Assembly (NCBI GenBank): GCA_002633005.1 | Contig: NMRA01000690.1 | Location: 1-42,156 of the forward strand | Direction of reading: 5' to 3' | Length of the DNA stretch: 42,156 nucleotides | Source: Phoronis australis | Lineage: Eukaryota > Animalia > Phoronida | In this document: positions 24,925 to 37,864 of the stretch, piece by piece | Layout: each line of letters begins with the position of its first letter | How positions within the stretch are numbered: position 1 is the first letter of the stretch | Notes under the pieces: generated by a model | Seen by the model: the letters and a program-made list of their open reading frames with translations, nothing else | Databases searched by the model: none | What the model was told of the DNA's origin: nothing | Program-made: the position numbers and the translations under genes

Positions 24925-25360
24925 TATCTCCTCCACTCTTAGAACAAGAGTTGTGAGATGCCACATACAATCTGCACTGCTTTACGCATCGGAGACAAGG
25001 GCATTGAATAAAAACCTGGAGAAAACATAGCCTAGGCCTTTGAAATGTGGACATTAAGACGGATGGCAAAAAATCAGCTGGACAGCGGAAAGAGAGACCA
25101 ACAAAAATATTTGTAACTTGCTCAAAATTAAACCATCACTCCTAAAGATAATCCAAACAAGAAAACTGAAATACTCTGGTCACATTGAAAGGACCATCTG
25201 CAAGAAGATACCGGAAGCCGGAAAAACAGAAGGGGTGAGAGCAAGAGGTAGACAACGCAGAATGTGGATGGACGACATCAAGGACTGGACCGTCGAATCT
25301 ATCACTGCAAACAGAATGTACCCGGAAGAAAGGCAGAGCAGAGCAGAATGGCGGGGCCTT
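24925..25360 (+). mobile_element. RTE-clade LINE 3' fragment (intronic)
   Basis: With frameshifts it translates to RVVRCHIQSALLYASETRALNK...AFEMWTLRRM..ISWT...RKLKYSGHIER...GKTEGVRARGRQRRMWMDDIKDWT, the typical post-RT region of RTE elements. Confidence 0.88.
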
Positions 25361-25950
25361 TCATACAGTATTGCATATTTTGTGAGCTTAATGTAGGCCT
25401 ACGCTGGGTAATACGGAGACAGAAAGCTTCGAGCTGGGCAGGTCGGGTTCTAGCCTAGCGTCTACGATCTATACATTGTACATTGTACATGTACATGTAT
25501 CTGAGCTGGCAACTGACGTCAACGCCGGAACAGTTCACTGAACTAGTCGCTATACGTATACATGCAGTTCACTCTGCTTCCGTATATTTTCACACATGGA
25601 CGTGAGCTCAGACATTCTTCACTTGAGGCAGACGGCTCAACGCATACACAGTAGTTCTCCGTATGTAGAGGCCCGTAGCGTTCTTAATTATAAATGGTAA
25701 CTCCTTGTACCGGATGGTCTTCACTCGGACTGTTTGAAAGGACGATTTACACTGCCTCGTATACGCAAGTGTGCGATTTTGGCACCTGATACTGCTGCTT
25801 GGGCTTCAGTACCCATAGAATTAATGAATGTACGACGGTTTCTAAGTTTTCGCCCTTTTGGTAAAATAACCGTCTTCTCGAGCTGTCCTTGCTGTCAAAT
25901 TCTACATTGATGGTTAGGAGCTAACAAGTAATATTTCATCTCTTTTTCAG

Positions 25951-25973
25951 TTAACGGCGGTGCGCTATACTGA
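25951..25973 (+). CDS. Secreted prepropeptide gene, terminal coding exon (INGGALY-stop)
   Basis: Branch point CTAAC at 25921 and pyrimidine tract TTTCATCTCTTTTTCAG. The phase-1 join gives A+TT = Ile, then NGGALY TGA. Total 68 aa. Confidence 0.7.
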
Positions 25974-26039
25974 GGACAAGATATTGCGACTTCAAAGACA
26001 TTTTGGAATTACTTGTTGCTTGCATACTGGAATGCGACA

Positions 26040-26059
26040 AATAAAATAAGTGCATTAAA
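26040..26059 (+). terminator. Polyadenylation signals of the peptide gene
   Basis: AATAAA at 26040-26045 and ATTAAA at 26054-26059, about 70-85 nt after the stop, followed by T/GT-rich sequence. Confidence 0.6.
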
Positions 26060-26838
26060 ATATGATCTGCGTTATTATTGAAAGTTCTCTTTGTGTTCGA
26101 ATAGATGATTTCGTTAGACCGTATTCTGGGGAGTTTCCGTCAACATGTCGTCCAAAGTGCTTGTTCTTAAAGTTACGCAGGACGGAAAATTTTTCAAATT
26201 TATCTTAGTTCGAAACTTCATATGTCAGAAATGACTGATCAAATTCAAATAAAGCTTTTTGAAAACATGTTTTACGCTCGGTTCTCCAAAACTCTGTTAA
26301 GTTGCTTTAAAAATGTTAATTTTTGCATGAGGTGCTAACAAATATTTGGGCTTTTATTATTGTTATGGAAAATCAACTTGTTCGAAGTTAAAACCTAAAC
26401 AAAATTGTACTTTAGAAAACTTTACAGCGTTTTTGAGATTCCACAGTTATCATTTTTAATGTATATCAAATGAAATTTTTCTCATATTTCTGATACCATT
26501 GTTTTGCTTAATGTATTAACTTTTTTTGTTAAGTTTCAGTAAAATACATACAATGTATTGGCGTGACCCAATGAATGGTAGAATGATATAAAATAGAAAA
26601 TCAAATTTTACAGGCTTTCTATTTTGAGTTCAGAAAATATATTCATGTACTGAGGGATATCTGCGACTTTGCAGATACCGTATCTTGCTAAATACACAAC
26701 CGGGACCACTGGCGGTGTACCGAGTGCAGCCCCCCCCCCCAAAAAAAGGCGTTACAGAGCTCCAAAATCGTAGTTTGGGGTGCACACACAAATGCAGAAG
26801 TTTCACTTTCTTTGTGTTGATCCCTCATATGGGCAAGG

Positions 26839-27299
26839 GGGTAATCAGCAATTGGTCGGGACTTCAAAACCACCGTTGACCGGGCTTCACAACAAGTCGG
26901 CTGGACTGCAAAACCAAATGGACGAAGTGATCAAACGTGTTATCTGGTGGCCTCACCCAAAAAAATAGTTGGCTGAACCCAAAACATGATAGCCGCTGGT
27001 ATAACCAGTTCGCCGGTGATCAAACACCACGGCTGTTCTCTCTTTGAGAAGGAATCAATGGACATCTAGAGGGTTTTTTGTTACCCATTTGTTTGTTTTG
27101 TTCAAAATCGGCGATTTGTTCGGCCATTGTGTTTGAGCACCGGCCAACCCGTTTTAGGTCCGACCAACCAGTTTTTTGGGTGCGGCCTTCTGGTTTTGAG
27201 ATACCGACCACCAAGTTAGAACACCGGCCATTGGGTTTTGCACTCCAGCCAGCTGGATCAGACAAGTTGTTTTTTAGTCCGACCAATTGTTGATTACCC
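26839..27299. mobile_element. Fold-back MITE with long imperfect inverted arms
   Basis: GGGTAATCAGCAATTGGTCGG at 26839 pairs with CCGACCAATTGTTGATTACCC ending at 27299 (1 mismatch). Inner GCTGGA.TGCAAAACC motifs are also mirrored. Confidence 0.7.
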
Positions 27300-30200
27300 T
27301 CTTTATGGCGTGGCTCGTTGTTGTACTTGCCTTGCGACTTATTAGCGAGTGGGAAACGTACGCATCTCTTCGTGTTTTGCATGCGTTAATCCGTCGGCAA
27401 ATCAATTAAAACAGGTATGTAGGCAGGTATGTAGTTCATGCCCAGTGCCCTGGCGATCCCAGTCTGAACCTTAAACTGTCAGAAGCTAGAAGGTCAGAAC
27501 TTGAGCTACCCAGCTAGCCCCTTCTCACGTTTTTCAGTGCTGCGCAGCCCATGGTCTACGCGGGGCAGTGCACCACAAGGGGGTTGGGGTGAGCTACAGA
27601 GGCGTATTCCCGGCGAGGGGCAGGGAGACAGAGGGTAACTGACCACCGGATTTGGGCAAGAATGGGGCAAATCAACAGAAAATTGGGTGCGGGAACATCT
27701 AATGGAAAAAATGTGGGACCGATAATAAAATAATTCGCGGCATTACTCAGGGGTAGAAGATAAGCTGACGATGAAATAGTTGGCGACCCAAGATGAAATT
27801 TTGGGTGACGTCTGGAGGAAATTGGTGAACCGGAGGGTCAACGGTTAGTTTCATAATAATTATTCAAGTGAGAACACTATCCTAATGTTGACCAATAACT
27901 CCGTAGAATCGAATTAGCATCCACTTGTCACTTTATGTGCATTCATTAGAGAAACTGATAGCAGTATCCGCGATCAAAGAGCATCAACAAAACGGGAAAG
28001 ATACGTGCACTTGGAGACTTATTCGAGAACGTCACAGACAACAGTCGTCGAACCGTTGTGCCGGGATACCGAAACATCTCATTCTCATGCATCGGTCAAG
28101 GCAAAATTTCCAGAGCCGAAAATAAGATTTTGAAAACGGATCTGCGCCAGCTGGGAGAAATACTCATGTGTTCTAAAAAATACGATCGGACAAAAACAGC
28201 GTTTCTGCTCCCAGTAAAGTGTTTTCCACACTTCCTCTACTGGAAGAAGGCAGTTACCGTATTCACTATAACCTCATATTTTCTGATATACGTGCGTGCT
28301 TCGCTCTCAGCCTTTTTTTTGGTGTAGAGAGCGACTAGTCTAGAAAAAAGTTTTCACCTGGGGCTAAAAGAGCTGATTTGAGTTACACAATTTCTGTCTG
28401 GACCATGGCGCTGCGCCTATTCAGTTACGCGCAGTAAACATGTGGGGTGTCCTGTCAAGAAAGAAGAACGCATCACACAGGTCCCATTTCTTTCACTCTT
28501 TTAGCAAGTTCTTCGTTAGGCAATTTTTCGTTTGTTTACATTTACCTCTGTATCTTCAAAGGTTCTCAATGGATTTTCTTAAAATTTAACAAATAGGCCT
28601 CCTAGTGGCAGTAATGTATTTTCCACATCTAGCTCTCAATTTCGTCTTTGCCATTTTCCTCTATTTTTCTGAATTTATTTGACGGATTTTTGTGATACTT
28701 GGTAAATGGCTTTCTACTGAAGAAGCGATTATAAGTTGCCGTGTTTAAGTGGATTCAAATTTTGTGCCATCTAGTGGAAATTTCTGTGATACAAACAAAC
28801 TCCCCTGAATGCTCCCTGTTTGCGGTACCTTCGTGAGAGCTTTTGAAGGCTCCGCGTTGCTCTTGTTAGTTTTAATATGATATCACTGGTTTGTGCATTC
28901 GTTACCTAGTGTGTGCTCTTGAGTTGCACACCTGTTTGGTGCTAGCTGATTATGCTCTCGGTGTTTTTCTAGCCGGGCTCGCTAATATTCTCATCTGAAG
29001 TACTTTATTAGCAGACATTCCATTTGGGCTTCAGCGACCGCTGGTTCATAAGTTACATCATTTCTATAAAAGCCTAGTTATCAGTAAGTCATTATATCAT
29101 TTCTACACTTTGGTGATTCATTCTATTATTTTGTACTTCTGACCTGATATATGCTCAACTCTAGGACCAGACATTCTTATTATGGCGTACGTTACATTCA
29201 TTACTGTATTTTACCTTATCTTTCTGCTAATGTTTAAATGTCCTTATGCTATGGTTATTTAGTTTTCTGTATACATAGCCAAATAAAAAATTGGTCTATT
29301 GATGAATCTATTACTGTATTACCTGTATCCTATGTTTAGTGTTGTGCATTGCAATGGCGGATTATCACTTGGCTCCAGATGGTGACAAATTTGGATTTCT
29401 AAGAATTGTTTCACCTGAGGATTCCGTTAAGATTACATGGCCGGTGCTGGTGACTATTTATGGCATGTTTGGACACAGTTGAAAATATGTGTAACTGACA
29501 GTGAACCCCCTCTCAAACACGTGTTCGTGCAATAAGCCAAGTTGGACACACTACAATTTGAAAAGGTTTGGAATTGGTGCTTTCTAGTAGTCAATACCTC
29601 TACTCTTTCAAGTTTTATAGAGTTCAACACGATTAGGCGACGAACATGTTGACAAATGGACATCGTTTCAAGAAAAGTTGCCTACAGTGTAATTCTCAGC
29701 ATTTAGCCAAACACGCGAACCTACATTAAAGTACTTGTTTAATAACTATGTGTTAGCGGTGACCTCATTTTGTCATTCAATATTCATCTGAAGACGCTAA
29801 AATGGAAAATGATGAACCTTTTTATTCGGGCAAGATTGGGCATTCTCAATTGTAAAATATGCCGAAGTCCAGTTCCCATAGTTAAAAAGGTGCTCTGTAA
29901 CAATTTAAATTCAACCAGGGTAAATCATTATTTTACGACACCACGACATGTACAGCACACATCACGATTTTTTGTCCGCCCGGTCGGAAATTGGTCGACG
30001 ACCAGCCGTCGACAGGTCGTCTAGCCGACCAGCAGCCGGCCAACAACGTTCGGCTAGGAGCCGTCTGCTGAGTCGCCTCTGTGGTCGGCACTTGGGTCGG
30101 CTAAATGGTCGCCTAGCGTAAACGACCAATTCGGATTAAGCGTGTCCTTGGTCGGCAATTACCATTTTATGACTTTGGACAAACAAACATTTAACTGTTC

Positions 30201-33200
30201 GCTATTCGTTTACCAGTGGCAACTCCGGTCTTGACATAGGTTTATCAACTATTGAATGGAGGTAAAATCGAATCAACCTACAAATACGAAGTGCGTGACA
30301 TTTCACCAGCCTAAAACTTTATGTTGAATTAATGACGGCATGGTAAAATCAAACGTTAAGTGATATCGCGGAAGCACATTTCTAAATTTAGATATGAGAC
30401 ATTATGCACAAAAGCAAGTACGAAATTTGAAATTTACAGTAAAATTGCATAAAAATCAGACTACAACACTGGATATTTTACTACCTCAAGTGTTTTCATG
30501 CAACGGAATGCTAAACAAGCATCACGCATTTGCGCTCATCCGTTATTGCTCTTGATCACCACTTCATCACGCTGTATATTGCGATTTACCACAGATAATT
30601 ATTGCTTATTTCTGTATAATTTCTTAATATGATGGTACAGCAATAGAACTCAAGTTTATTTTAGGAACAACATAAACAGTGGTTTGAACATAGCGCCGAT
30701 ATTAAATAATGGGCGCATGAAAACGGAAGACTGTGATCGGTTTATAGTGTCATCCATCATCATCATCCTGAAATTGGTGTCACTTTCGCTGTAAAAATCT
30801 TTTCGAAACTAGAGCCTTCCTATCTAGCCAGCTAGTTTTATAAAGACTATTTTCAAAATACAGCAAGGTGCCACTGCTTTTTGAGATCAAACAGACCTCG
30901 AAACTTCACACAGCCCAGATAGTTACGCTTGTCACCTCGTCGTAAAGCTTGTATCAACATGAGCTCAAGACCGGCGGGTGTGCATGCAAAATCTAGAAGT
31001 CAATTGGCATTCAAGTTGCCCGTTACGGCCGTTTAAGCGAAAAACATCCGACGTCATCTTCCTGTGTAATTCTCTGCCTTTTTTAACGAAAAAACGTATG
31101 CCGTCGTTTTGAAAAAAGTTCATTCGTGACACGCGCCACTTCCAAAATGTTTTCAACATCTCCCATTAGATGATGACAACATCTCAGCAAAATTTGTTCT
31201 AAAATTCGGTTCACTGATATCAAAATTCCAAAAACATAAAATGAAGTGAAACCTATTCTAATCATTTGTTGTGACGTTTACGCAACCTCTTTGGAGAACG
31301 TTTGATTGAAGAATCTGGGAAAAAGAAACTGGCTAAAAGGTGACGCAATATTTCATTGGGTCGTAAGTCGATGCATAAGATCGCACCATAAGTTTAGCAG
31401 CAGAACAATTGTAAAAAACCATTTTTTGCAACGCTGGTAAATAATTTAGATTACTCTAGGAAGATGTTATTCGGTCAGGTTTTACCCACAATGGCACAAA
31501 TTTGTATATTTAATTTAGTAAACAGCTTCGCACCAAGGCTAGAGCCTTCTGAGCCCTTTGGCGCAAGAACACAATACTTGGTGTTTTGCTTATACTCCAA
31601 GGGGTAAAATTTTGAAAATAATATTTTTGGGGTAACCTGGTACATGTAATCCTAAAAAAGTAATCTGTGTTTTCATGTAGAGCGTAAAAATGATTAAACC
31701 ATTGATTCAAAAAGAACACTCTCGCAAACGAAAACGAAAACGAACACAATTTTCAGCTATATTACACTGGTTAAAAAACAACTTCTATAAGTTTATTGCA
31801 TCGGATTCTAGTGATCACCAAGGCAAGTCAAAACTCTTAAGGGGGCGCAATTTCAAACCTTTGGCATGAATCAGTGATATAAAAATGGAAGTAGACCGAC
31901 TTACATGTAAGTTCATCAGCAATGTAGACACAACAGTTACAGACACTGACTGCGTTTGTTAACGTCTTGTTTCAATGATGAAAATAATTTTTTTTACTAT
32001 GATTGATAACAAGTTTTACTCTGATGAGGTATGATGCAATATGAATGTCTAATATGCAGATCGGCAGTTGCAAAAATATTTACTGGCTTTAATGAATCCG
32101 TTTGTTATGAACCACTGCAAAAGTATGATTACTTATTGTACATTCGAAGCACGTCTCATTAGAATAAAAACATACACATGCTTGATGATCCTGGGAGTAC
32201 CTCTATTACAGGCATGAATGAAGATATATAGTTATTAAGCCGTAGAGGATAATAAAGCTTACATAATATCACACTGAGCCATCTACACCAGGCATATATA
32301 CAAAGGATATGGTATTTCAAAAGAAGCCTCAACTACTCATTTTTCATAGTCATAACTACTCATTTTTCATAGTATTACTAAATCACGAACACCTAGATTT
32401 ATATAAGAAGTTACATAGTACGATGCTACACAACCTGCTCTCCCACATTTATGGGAGGCCTAATTTGAAAATTTAACGACATATCTTTTCTATGCAAGAT
32501 TAAAACCAAGCAAAACATGTAAACTCTCCAGCACTAAAAATAAATATCTCAAAACCAGAAATTTTACTTAAGCAGGAATTAAAACAATCCAATACATTGA
32601 GATTGTTTTCACGCAGAAGGCCACAGAGCAAATAAAGACCAAAATTCACCACGTCATGACTGAAAATTTATCACATCAGCACCTATAATTTATCAAGTGA
32701 GGACCAAAAATTCTTCACCTCAGGAGCAAAATAAAATACCACCGAACTGAAAATTTAATAAGTCAGGTTCAAAAACTTACCATGTCAGTAACTTTCACGC
32801 CAGAACACCACGTCACCATCCCCAAGCATGGATCTTTCAAAGTGATAACGTCCGTACTACATGTATACACATAAACAAGGGCTATATGTTCAACCTCTCG
32901 CCGACAACAGACCTATTATCTTGGAAATGCGGTTGAATTTCTTTCGTCTAATCCACGTTTTACATTAGATGCCAATGTATAGGTACACAATGGATTGTCA
33001 CCATTGCATAATGTGTGATCACGTAGCCTCCGGGCATAAAAACAACTCTCTCTCCTGGCGTGATAAGTTTTCTGACACAGTGAATCCTGGTTGTCAATTG
33101 TTTTTGAGGATTCTACAGAGATTTCAATTCCTGAATAGAAAATGTGTGTTCTGGATGTTTTCGCTTCAGCTTTCCATTCAGCTAACTAGTGTACAGCATA

Positions 33201-34665
33201 GTGTTTTTACTATCCCGTGGCTCAGTGCTCCACTGCAACGAATCACTTCTAGTACAACCTTCCGTAAATGACGTTCTTATTTTGCACATTTCTTCGGAGT
33301 AACAGTTTTCCAAGAGCTATATATTCATTGGACACGAAGACCAGTCTCAGGTAGTCCTTGAGCTCATGCTCTAAATGTTTTGAAAACGCAACTCTTTCTT
33401 TACGCAGATACCGTTTTCTGCCCGTGGACACCGACTCGCTGAATTCATCAACCAAACATTTATTTTTGAAAATGCCCTCACAAGTGTACTTTTTTAAAAC
33501 ACCGTGTTGACCATAGTCGTCAGTGTACAAAAGCGAAATGAACAAATTTGTACACAGTGCTCAAAGCACTTTTAGTGGACATACGGAAACGCCAACATCT
33601 CTGTCTTACAACGCTGCGTGTACTTGGCATTTCATTTCATGCTGGAAACTTTTTAAGACTGAGCACCGTTTCAAAAAATAGTATTTTTTCTTACAGCTGA
33701 GAACAGAAGAATTATTCTGCGATTTTAGGACTGAAATGGAACCAAATCTCGAGTGGTGACGCATTAGAATGTGCAAAACTCGGTGAGGGGGGGTGGCGAT
33801 ATATATACAAGCATGATTTATTTATTCTTTTATTTTTATTTTGTAGTTGCCACTTCTCATTCAGCGTCACTTACTACCTAAGGTGGCCAGATCATACGCT
33901 GTCAATATCACCAGACGCTTTGCTTCTCAAAAGTGCACCTTTGTGTATTTTCTATCATTTTTTGCCATCGCAATCGCTTTACCAAAGTTTCACGCACATA
34001 TGCCGCGTAGTGAATACTTCTTCACCACGTATTTACATCTTCCCGTTCACAATTATTTTATTTTGCATAATTTGTCAATATGATGTTGACAGAAAATATT
34101 TATTTTGGAAGAACGTGAACGACCAACTGATAGGGGACTACGTGTATCCACATGTACATGCAACTGCTAGCCCGGATTTTAACGTCACCGATACATGAAA
34201 ACGGAATGCAGTGGTGACGTCACCGTCTTCGTGGAAATCGTAACCATAATATAATTTCGAAGTTAGAGCCATCGAAGTCCGTGGGTTTAGGGCATACTGG
34301 ACCGTGAATTTCGCGTCTGTTCTGCAAGGGACAATACTATGAAAATGAAATCCCCGGAGTGAGAACTCTTCGCGGTGTAACAACTCACTCACTAATCCAT
34401 CATCACGAGCGCGTGATAGGAGACCGGTGACAAACTTAAAAAACGCAAAAAAGCAGTTTGGCGTTACACAAACAAAATCAATTGCGGGCGAAGACTGCTA
34501 AAAATAGCTGCGTTTACAAAATGACCACAGCGTTGTATTGACCGGGAAGCAACCAATCTAATACATCTTGTTAACATCACGAGTCAAATTAAAGATCAAA
34601 TGTAAAGAAAACTTCCACGATTTTCATCCAAAACTTTTTGCATTGTCCATAATCCAATGTTTACT

Positions 34666-34760
34666 NNNNNNNNNNNNNNNNNNNNNNNNNNNNNNNNNNN
34701 NNNNNNNNNNNNNNNNNNNNNNNNNNNNNNNNNNNNNNNNNNNNNNNNNNNNNNNNNNNN
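34666..34760. other. Assembly gap (95 N)
   Basis: Run of N; a further single N lies at 41548. Confidence 1.
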
Positions 34761-35367
34761 ACAATGACAATGTCATGAATAGCAGTATTTCAGCATATAT
34801 CCTTATCTGACCCAATTCAACCTTCACGGTAATCACGGGAGCATACATGACAAACATGAACATGTTAACATACGAGAGGGTGTGCTCTGAAAAGATCGAG
34901 ACAATCTCCCATGGCCGCGACGCACTCAGCTAATCCTTTCCCACTATTCGGTGCTACATTAGTATGCTAATGCTATTGCTAACTAGTAGTAGTAACTGTT
35001 GTGTTGAGAGTTGTGGGTGGCCTTAATTTCTTCGTAAAAAGTCACATCACTTCAGAATCCAGCATAGTATACAAGATAATTATCATAAAATGTTTCGTAT
35101 ACGTTACTGGTGATGTATTCCTTGACTCGTTAGCTTTGAAATGCGGGAGTTTGACGAAAACAGAGAGATTTAAACGGCTGTAAATCTATCGACATTCCTT
35201 TACTGGAAGTCGCCATGTTGGTGAACTAGTTTGACCTATTATAAAACTGACCAATAGAATGCCTTGTTTCTTGAAATCGGAACAGCCAATGATATTCCAA
35301 GAATGCTGATGGAAAAGTGCCCTGTAGCAGACCCCAACCAACCTCGAGGGTCTGTGCAGGAGACTAC

Positions 35368-35900
35368 GCCAGCACGCAGGTATCACTTAAATTTCCTCTG
35401 TAAATTTTTTTACACTCGCGTTTCTGATTGGCTAGTCGATTCGTCAACAGGCAGCGCTTTGCGCAAACAAACTGGCATGGCTGATGGACTGAAGTGTGAA
35501 TGTGGTCTGTTGTACAGACAAACCGGTGCTTAAAATTATATTCAGGAAATGTGAAGCCTAGAAATTGTGATTGAGCCTTTTCGGAATGCATCTTTCTACT
35601 GTCGATGACTTTTGTTTACGATAGTGTCCTTATACAGTATGAATAACACATCGTAATATGTGTTTATTGTGCATGTATCTGCTTCAAGCACGCGGCTATT
35701 AAACATCACTGCACAAGCGAAATAGTTGCTGCGACGCCACTTGCATGACAAGGCCAAAATCATTCACAGTCTGCCATTTTTTTCACGGTGTTGTAAAGCT
35801 AACCAATGACTGCCAAGATTACATCGACCAATGCTAAAGCGCGTGCCACTGCGTGATACCTGCGTGCTGGCTGGGCTAAGCACGCAGGGAACCAGCGAGC
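35368..35900 (-). mobile_element. Inverted copy of the 23808-24376 element
   Basis: Reverse-complement similarity throughout (for example TCTTTCTACTGTCGATGACTTTTGTTTACGATA). It ends in GCACGCAGGGAACCAGCGAGC; one outer end is truncated. Confidence 0.75.
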
Positions 35901-36698
35901 GTGCGCGTATGTGTACAAAACACGTGATTGTTATGTTCCTGAAGTACGATAATTAAGAAGGCTTTAGCATGCCGTTATTATTGACAGGGACACGATAAAA
36001 CGAACTTGGATTTTGACTATAGTCTTGATACAGCGGCGACCGGGCGGACAAAAATTCGTGATGTGTGCTGTACAATACAGGCCTATCATTTTAGGTAACG
36101 AAATTCTTAAAAGGAAACATATCAAGGGCAATTAAGCCATGAAAGAGTCTCCTTTCATATCATTTTATTCGGTTTCGACGTCACTTTGAAGAAAGTCGTG
36201 TGTGGTTGTCATGTTTTTACCCGTGTGTGGGGGGCAAGTGGTTACCGACCGGCGCTGATAAATTTCGGTGCCACGACAGAATGAAGACTGGTTCGAGTTT
36301 CTAAACTTATTGATACCCACCGTACCTTCACCAGCCTACTCAAACAAAACATCCGACGTAATTTCTGTTAAGTTGACCGTTTTTACTGAGATAAATTGAT
36401 GTAAGTGCAAATAAAAGTTAACTTTAATCGCATGAATGTTTGCGTGTGTGTACGAAAGTCCTTCCTTTAGTCTTCCCTCTACCCCTCTCCTATAATACTC
36501 CCATGTCAGTTGTACAAATGTACGCCCAACCACTATGATTGCTTTTTCAAATTACCGGTACCCAGTTCTGTATTATATATTGTAAGGATACGTAGTTATG
36601 ACCACTTAACCCCAGCCATATTCATTAATATTTGGATTTCTGGCAAAATAAATGTATTCACTGAAAAAAGACTATGTTTCATTGCCTTATGACGAAAT

Positions 36699-36951
36699 CA
36701 TGCGCGCACCCAGTCTTCAATATGGAGGGCTCGAATTCCTGACATAGTGGACCTTTTGGTAACAAAAAAGCGGGCGGACTAAAAAAGAAAAAAAGGGGGT
36801 CACAACTGTGAATTGCACGTTTGTGCATGTTTAATGGACTTTTGTCTCACTTTCTCGGACTTTTTGTTTCTCAGAGGCGGCGCTTTTGCCCACTTCGCCA
36901 AATGGGGGATCCTTCGAGCCCTCCGAGCCCCACCCCCTGAGTGCGTGCATG
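36699..36951. mobile_element. MITE with CATG termini, TSD GAAAT/GACAT
   Basis: CATGCGCGCACCCAG ... CTGAGTGCGTGCATG; related to 37599-37864 in the opposite orientation. Confidence 0.7.
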
Positions 36952-37598
36952 GACATGGCCGTACTTTTTTGTAGCGCAGTCTCGTTGTCGTATGATGCAG
37001 TACGTTTATGCCTATTTTTAATTGTCACTGTTTGATTATTAATCGTTGTCACGAGAACCAGAATGCATCGCAATCGTGCCAGTGCACGATTCACGTGACA
37101 AGAAATGTTTGTCTGGCGTATGACTTGCATAAGTATAACGTGTCAATGTGTCACGGATGCGTTTTTAAGCGCGTTACAAGCACAGTGCTGTTGATAAGAT
37201 CTACGATCATGTGGGTAACGATTCCATATGTACAGCTACTAATGTTGATGCTTTTTACGCAATAACATATGATAAAAAGATTATGCCACAAGACATTTTT
37301 GTTTTTTTCCTTGTCCGTAGGCGGCTTCCAACCTAGCGTAATTTTGCCAAGCCGATTCAAATCCGTTGCCCCTTTCTTCCAGAAATTAATGGAATGACAC
37401 ACAGGTCAGATGCACCTACATCTCGTAAAGAAATTGGTCAGCAGGATTACGCTCCCTAGCGGGGATCAGGGTTCTGCGACTTAGATAGTCGTAACGCAAC
37501 TGGCAATTCTCGCCTACTGTACGTTGTTAGTTATCAAGTTTACTTTCGTTGCCTTCGGGGAACTCAGAGTTGCTTGTAATATTAATACAATAAAATGT

Positions 37599-37864
37599 CA
37601 TGGGCGCACCCAAGGAAGTTCAGGTGGCTCGAACGAGCCCCCAATTTGGAGAATTGGGCAAAAAAAGTCTGCTTCAGTGAAACAAATAGTCTGCGTAAAC
37701 AAGAACAGGATCCAGAAAATCCCACGGGAAGTCTGCGCGGATGCGCAATACGTGAGCCTTAACCCAGTGGCCCCGTTTTTTAGTCCGTGTTAATTTCTTT
37801 CACTTAAAGGTCCGCACACCGAAAAATCCAAGCCCCTCTATACTTAAGGCTGGGTGCGTGCATG
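37599..37864. mobile_element. MITE with CATG termini
   Basis: CATGGGCGCACCCA ... TGGGTGCGTGCATG; TSD degenerate. Confidence 0.65.

Larger units (their letters stand above)
29953..36070. mobile_element. Possible 6.1-kb element bounded by 34-bp TIRs with TA flanks
   Basis: CAGCACACATCACGATTTTTTGTCCGCCCGGTCG (29953-29986) matches the reverse complement of 36037-36070 at 33/34, with TA on both outer sides. It spans an assembly gap, so the two ends could belong to separate copies. Confidence 0.45.

Noticed and set aside
24557-24942. Overlapping ORFs with CMYV/HTYI repeats
   Set aside because: Translations of the TATG microsatellite.
25118-25396. 92-aa ORF as a host exon
   Set aside because: It is an RTE LINE fragment with frameshifts upstream.
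32331-32373. Tandem duplication of AACTACTCATTTTTCATAGT
   Set aside because: Two copies only; ordinary slippage duplication.
37008-37265. Cys-rich ORF as a decayed paralogue of the PLAC-like gene
   Set aside because: Cys spacing does not reproduce C-x8-CC-x2-C in any frame, and there is no intact signal exon.
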